In this document: piece by piece, positions 57,743-64,000 of the stretch | How the letters are laid out: every line of letters starts with the position of its first letter | Position numbering within the stretch: position 1 is the stretch's first letter | Source: Eledone cirrhosa | Taxonomy: Eukaryota | NCBI GenBank assembly: GCA_964016885.1 | Contig: CAXHJY010000237.1 | Location: 1-64,000, forward strand | DNA: 64,000 nucleotides | Direction: 5' to 3' | Position numbers and translations under genes: made by a program | Notes under the pieces: model-generated | What the model saw: the letters and a program-made list of their open reading frames with translations, nothing else | Databases searched by the model: none | What the model was told of the DNA's origin: nothing

Positions 57743-58639
57743 TATATATATGTATGTATATGTATTTGTTTGCACATTTTTGTACATTATATATTTATTT
57801 CCTCGTTTCATACGAGGTTTTGTCATCTTAAACTTCTCGTCGTTTTATCTTAGTGCGGATTACAGTTCAAATTCATAAAATGTTTAATAGCGAACAATTG
57901 TTAGAGATTTTTTTTTTTTATCATTTTAGTTTTGTCATATTTTCTTTCGAGTGAGTGAACAACATCATTTATTGCAAGAATGAAATCTTTCATCTGTCAA
58001 AATTTTGAAATATATTAGATTTTTCTTATAAATCTTCATATGAGATTTGTTTGTGAAAATATTAAGTCAGTGGAGGAGCTAAAAAGTAAATTGTTTAGAC
58101 TAAAATGCTCTTTTCACACAAACACACACACACATATATATGTATGTATGTGTGTATACAAAAAGTAAACGGAAATCTCAAACAACAAAGGCCAATAAAC
58201 AAACATATCAGATTGATACTTGATATAGTAGGAAAGAGTAATTACGATTCGGACACTTGTCCATCATCAGAAATAAAAGATAGAGACAATGGTCAAGTAC
58301 CAAGACAGGATAGATTAGTCACTGACTAGGGATATAATAAATGATACAATATAATGGTTATTTTATATGAGAGTGTTACAAAGAGAGAAAGAAGAAAACG
58401 GAAGACCTACCTCAGGTGAACTAGATGCAAATATCTTTATTAGATTAAAGTATCCATTCAATTAACTGAAAGCAAAGGACGATATGAAGGAAAACAGTGA
58501 TAAATCGTGTCCTTAAGACCGAATAAAGGAATAAACCTCGTGATTGCCAACATAGAGATACGATGCAAAAGAATGCGGGGTCACAGTTTCTAATTATATC
58601 TTCAGTTTTCAGACACTGCACACACACACACATTATATA

Positions 58640-59064
<425 letters not shown>

Positions 59065-59442
59065 TACACACACACATAGATTCGTGCATATACTCGTACA
59101 CACACACATATATATATATGTTTATATACGTGTGATTGTGTGTCTATGGTACATATATAAGTATGTATTTATAAGGGCGTGGATGTATGTAGCTTTGTGT
59201 TGGTGGTCATAAACATTTATTGTAACGATTCCTTTAGTTGGTTTAGTGGGAATTTAAAACAATTGCTGATCTAACCCCCATATTGTTTTGTCCAATGGTA
59301 ATATTGCTTGTTAGCTAGAGACATGTGTAGTCAATATGAAATTTGCGCTATAACAGAAAATTCATTCTTTCAGAAATAATTCGCAGTTAATTCTCATATA
59401 TTTCGTTCTCATACGTATGTATGTTTATGCATATATATATAC

Positions 59443-59593
59443 ATTTCGTAGGTTTTGTATTTAATGCTACTCTATGACCTGAAAACACACATAATACCCA
59501 AACACACACACACACACATATGTGTGTGTGTGTGTGTGTGTGTATGTGTGTTTTCAGGTCGTAGAGTAGCAATAAATACAAAACCTACGAAAT
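59443..59593. repeat. Inverted repeat with 51-bp arms around a (CA)n/(TG)n core
   Basis: ATTTCGTAGGTTTTGTATTTAATGCTACTCTATGACCTGAAAACACACATA and its reverse complement with 2 mismatches. Confidence 0.9.
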
Positions 59594-60345
59594 ATATTAG
59601 ATATTTATGTGTTTGGATAGAGAGAGAAATATAATCTGGATTCAATATATGAAGAATACTTATAAAACCTTCAAGATTTATAGTGAAATATATTGTATTT
59701 GTTTTATGCCTTTGATTTACTTTACAAGAATTCACTCTCATAAATATATAATAGAAAAATACGGTACATTTACCTAGAACATATATATTTATATTTATAT
59801 ATATATGTTCACTATATGTAAATATATATATGTTCACTATATGTAAATATGTGTTTATATATGTATGTATTGATGTGCATATATAATAGAAAAACACTGC
59901 TCACTTACAATATGTATGAAACCTACATACATGTTCACTAACAAATATATGCATAATTATATGTGTGTGTGTGTTTGCATTTAGAATACCCATGCTCTCC
60001 TATTGTTATGTGTGGCATTATAAATGCTAGTGTGCATCTATTTAAGCATATATACACATACACTCGAAATTAAAAGAAAGAGATACATACATAATACATT
60101 ATTATTATTATTGGTATTACTTAATGTTACCTTTTATGTTCTAGCCGGTGTAGGAGTTTTGTGTCTGCCGCATTTCTGTTAAAATCACGAAATTTCTTTG
60201 ATCTTTTCAGACTCAATCCAAATAAAACTGGTCACTTAAGATTCTCTTCCATTTTACAGTTAAATGTTGTTTGGGAAATATTTATATTTCTACTATTTTC
60301 TATCAACATCTCCCTCTCTTCTCTCTGTATATATATGTATATAAT

Positions 60346-60377
<32 letters not shown>

Positions 60378-60819
60378 CATACATACATATATATTTACAT
60401 ATACATTCATATTTTTGAGTGTATGTTATATATATATATTATTTATATGTATGCCTTTCATCCTTACGGGATCAATAAAATAAAGTACCAGTAATGCACT
60501 GAGGACGATGTGTTATATTTACCTAATTTATGTCTATCGCCTCTGAAATGTACATAACGGACATTATTCAATACATTTGGTTATGGAAATATATGTAGTA
60601 ACACACACATACTTGTATGTATATAAATATAACTACCTTAATATATTCATACGTATCTCTCGACATACAAGCAGACATAAACATGAAAATATGAAATCAG
60701 ATAATGGTTATTAAAATATTCCCAATGAAGCAAATAACGTAATAGAAAATAGAATACACTTCTACTGACTCTTTCCTCCTTCCGTTCTTTCTCATTCTCT
60801 GTGTTACTCCTATCCTCTC

Positions 60820-60867
<48 letters not shown>

Positions 60868-60870
<3 letters not shown>

Positions 60871-61097
60871 TGTGAAGTGGACATGTAGGCGCCATGGAAA
60901 AAAAGCCCCCTGCACTCACTGTAAATGAGGTTGATGTTAGGAAGGGCATCCAGCTGTAGAAATCAAGCCAGAATCAGTTCCCGTATGAGCAAGACAAGGT
61001 CAGCCGACCGGACACTGCCCACAACAGGACAGCCTGTCTAACCCATGCTAGCGTGGAAGAACGGATGTAAATTGGTGATGATGATGATGATGATGAT
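60868..61097 (+). mobile_element. RTE family C 3'-UTR fragment with (GAT)n tail
   Basis: Close reverse complement of 62894-63110. Confidence 0.9.
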
Positions 61098-61479
61098 ATT
61101 CTGCTATTATAGGATTGATAGATAGCAAGCTGCATCCTGCTATCTAGTTACCTACAAAACACGTTTTCTGTAGAGTCAGGAAATTGTTTTCTACTCATAA
61201 AGCCAACTTCTTCAACCAGACATTCAACCCTGTTGCTTCATTGAAACTTTATTCAATCGACGGCAAAAGATGTTGATGCTCTTAGGATTTGAACTGAGGG
61301 CGGTCATTCCTTGAGAGTACCTTAGTCAGCCTATGCAGTTTTCTGCCTATAAAAGTTTCAGGGGACCCTCGTAATTAAATACTTTAACATAGAGAGACAA
61401 GCCAAAGTGATATGTTAACAATCTTAACTTTGAAACTAAGAATATGTAATCAAAATATTTAAAATAACTGTTTATAACA

Positions 61480-61640
61480 GACACAAGGCCAGTAATTAAA
61501 TCGACCTCAATATTTTACTAGTACATTATTTTATCGACCCCGGGAGGATGAATGACAAAGCTGACCTAGACTGGATTTGAAAACAGAATATAAAGGGCCG
61601 TAGCTACAAAACATTTTTCCGGTACTCTAACGATAGCACC
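61480..61640 (-). mobile_element. SINE family 1, diverged
   Basis: CACAAGGCCAG...ATTTTATCGACCCCGGGAGGATGAATGACAAAGCTGACC. Confidence 0.75.
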
Positions 61641-62645
61641 GTTCCACAGTCCTATATGAAATAAAACAAATGTAAATATTAGACAATGGAATTGTTTAGC
61701 AGAACGAAAGTAGTTTGGATGATATGCTTTAAGGAACATTAACTGTGGAATGAAATCGAAGACAGAATGGAATTCTTTAATCGAATGATAATTGAAATAT
61801 TTCACAATCGAAATAATGGAACAATGTAATGAAGAAGATCGATAAATCATCAAAATAGAAATAGATGGTTAAACATTCTGAAACGAACGATGTAAGGAAA
61901 CGGAATTATAATCGAAATATGACACAATGAAACAATTTTATGAAGATCTATAAATTTCTGAGTCAGATTAGAAATAAGAGCCTGAACATTTCCACAGGTG
62001 TCTCCTCAGGTTAGAAATCGGGAAATATTTACTATAAATGCAGTGAATTAACAAAATCAGTAGAATAGCAATCAATATGCCTGGTGGTATTCGGTTCTTT
62101 CACTTTCTCAGAGAGATGCTTAGCCATTCATTCTTAAAATATTTGTTTCCTTTTTAATTCATTATTAAATAAACATATGTGTGTGTGTGAGTATGTATGT
62201 ATATATATATATATGTGTGTGTGTGTATCTACGTATATATTTATGCATATATATATACATATACCCATATATATATATGTATGGGTGTGTATGCATATAT
62301 ATGTGTGTGTGTATGTGTATATAACCATTATTATGCTTCAATTATATTTATTTTTATATTTTTAAACAAAAGTGACATAAATGCCTACTTCATTAATTGA
62401 ACGTTTTTTTTACAAATACTAATTAAATATTGGTTTCTGATTCAGGCACAAGGCCAACAAATACTAATTAAACATTAAAGATGATTTATTAACAAGTTTT
62501 TTTCCTTTTGATTTGTGACATAAAACATCTTTGTAGTTTGGGGACCTTTCCATGAGTATGTATGTATATATATATATATCACATAAGAATATATATAAAT
62601 ATATATATTACACACTCACACACACGAATATATATATTACACACT

Positions 62646-62678
<33 letters not shown>

Positions 62679-62850
62679 TACACACTCACACACACATATA
62701 TATATATATATATAAAATATATGTAATCTATTCAATTAGTCTTCAGTATTCGCGTATGTTTTTTCTTTCATTTCATGTATTATTTATTTATGTAGATATT
62801 TATTATATTTTATGCATTTATTTAAAATTTGCATTATTATTTATTCATGA

Positions 62851-62885
<35 letters not shown>

Positions 62886-62893
62886 GATATATA

Positions 62894-64000
62894 CATCATC
62901 ATCATCACCGTTTTACGTCCGTTCTTCCACGCTAGCATGGGTTAGACGGGTTGTCCTGTTGTGGGCAGTGTCTGGTCGGCTGACCATGCCTTGCTCATAC
63001 AGGAACTGATTTGGCTTGATTTCTACAGCTGGATGCCCTTCCTAACACCAACATCATTTACAGTGAGTGCTGGGTGCTTTTTCGTGGCGCCTACACATCC
63101 ACTTTACAGTGTGGGCTGGGTGCTTTTTTGCCGTGGCACCTCCACGACCACCTTGCAGTGGGGTGTGTGGGGGCATATTGTCTATATGCTTCAGCTTGTA
63201 CCCATGGGAGGTTGGGTACTCTGTATTACTGCGTGACGCCAGAGGTCACGGTCGTGTGTCATCGCCTTTGAGAAGTGTAATTGGGTAAGGTCGGCTTTAT
63301 CACCTCATCCCAGGTCATCTTGGGTCTCCCCACTCCGCGGTTTCCATCGACTTCTAGTACTCTGCACCTTTTTATGCAGCTGTCATCCTTCATACGTATC
63401 ACATGTCCATACCAACGCAACCGCCTCTCCTTCACACAGCATTTGATTCCTCTTATGCCCAGTCTCTCTCTCAATTCATTTATGCTTTGTCGTTCGCGTA
63501 TATTACTATTACACATCCATCGGAGCATGCAGGCTTCGTTTCTCTCTAATCTACGTAAGTCTTCCACCTTCAGCGCCCAGGTCTCACTACCATGCAACAT
63601 CGCTGTTCGGATACACGCATCATATAGTCTGCTTTTCATTTTGAGGGAGAAGCCTTTTGCAGCTAGCAGTGGTAGTAGTTCCCTAAACTTCTTCCATCCC
63701 GTTCTTACCCTAGTTATTGTACTTTCTGAACACCCACCTCCGCTGCTAATTCGGTCACCTAGGTAGCAGAAGCTGTCTACTGTTTCTACAGAGCCCACCC
63801 AGAGATTGGTGGTACTTGTTTCCTGTGGCTGTTTGCTGCTTGCTGTCCCAGCACAGCTGCTGCATGTGAAGCCTACATTCTTAATTAAGCTTCCTGAGAT
63901 CCCGCTACATCTCTTGTGTACCCATTTCCCTGAGGGGATCTGGGTTCTGTTTTCTCGTCTACTTACAAGGACTTAGTCTTTGTCATGTTGACTTTGAGAC
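62894..64000 (-). mobile_element. RTE-clade LINE (family C), RT C-terminal region plus 3'-UTR, continuing past the window edge
   Basis: ORF 63259-63798 (FCYLG, RRLRWYGHV, GRPKMTW) is closely similar to family B. Upstream reads LKVNMTKTK...PSGKWVHKRCSG. (GAT)n tail. Confidence 0.95.

Overview
Very AT-rich eukaryotic non-coding DNA. The SINE and LINE families resemble those I recall from octopod cephalopods, which is an inference and not a database result. I found no credible host protein-coding exon. Almost all ORFs in the track are artefacts of (TA)n/(CA)n/(GGT)n simple repeats or antisense frames of LINEs. The window opens with a ~5.6 kb degenerate (TA)n array. It contains three 5'-truncated RTE-clade LINE copies whose reverse transcriptase carries a PHD-type zinc finger, several LINE 3'-UTR fragments, about 25 SINE copies from at least three families (some with clear target-site duplications), a few MITEs, and old LINE, Gypsy and Penelope-like remnants. 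The most unusual signal is a cluster at ~47.0-50.4 kb of four sequence-unrelated fold-back elements that sit in (TA)n tracts and share an asymmetric inverted-repeat geometry. Two of them carry back-to-back, outward-facing minimal hammerhead-ribozyme motifs followed by AATAAA. A third has an arm that begins exactly at a predicted hammerhead cleavage site. This fits microsatellite-targeting Penelope-like or retrozyme-type retroelements. All coordinates and translations were read by eye.
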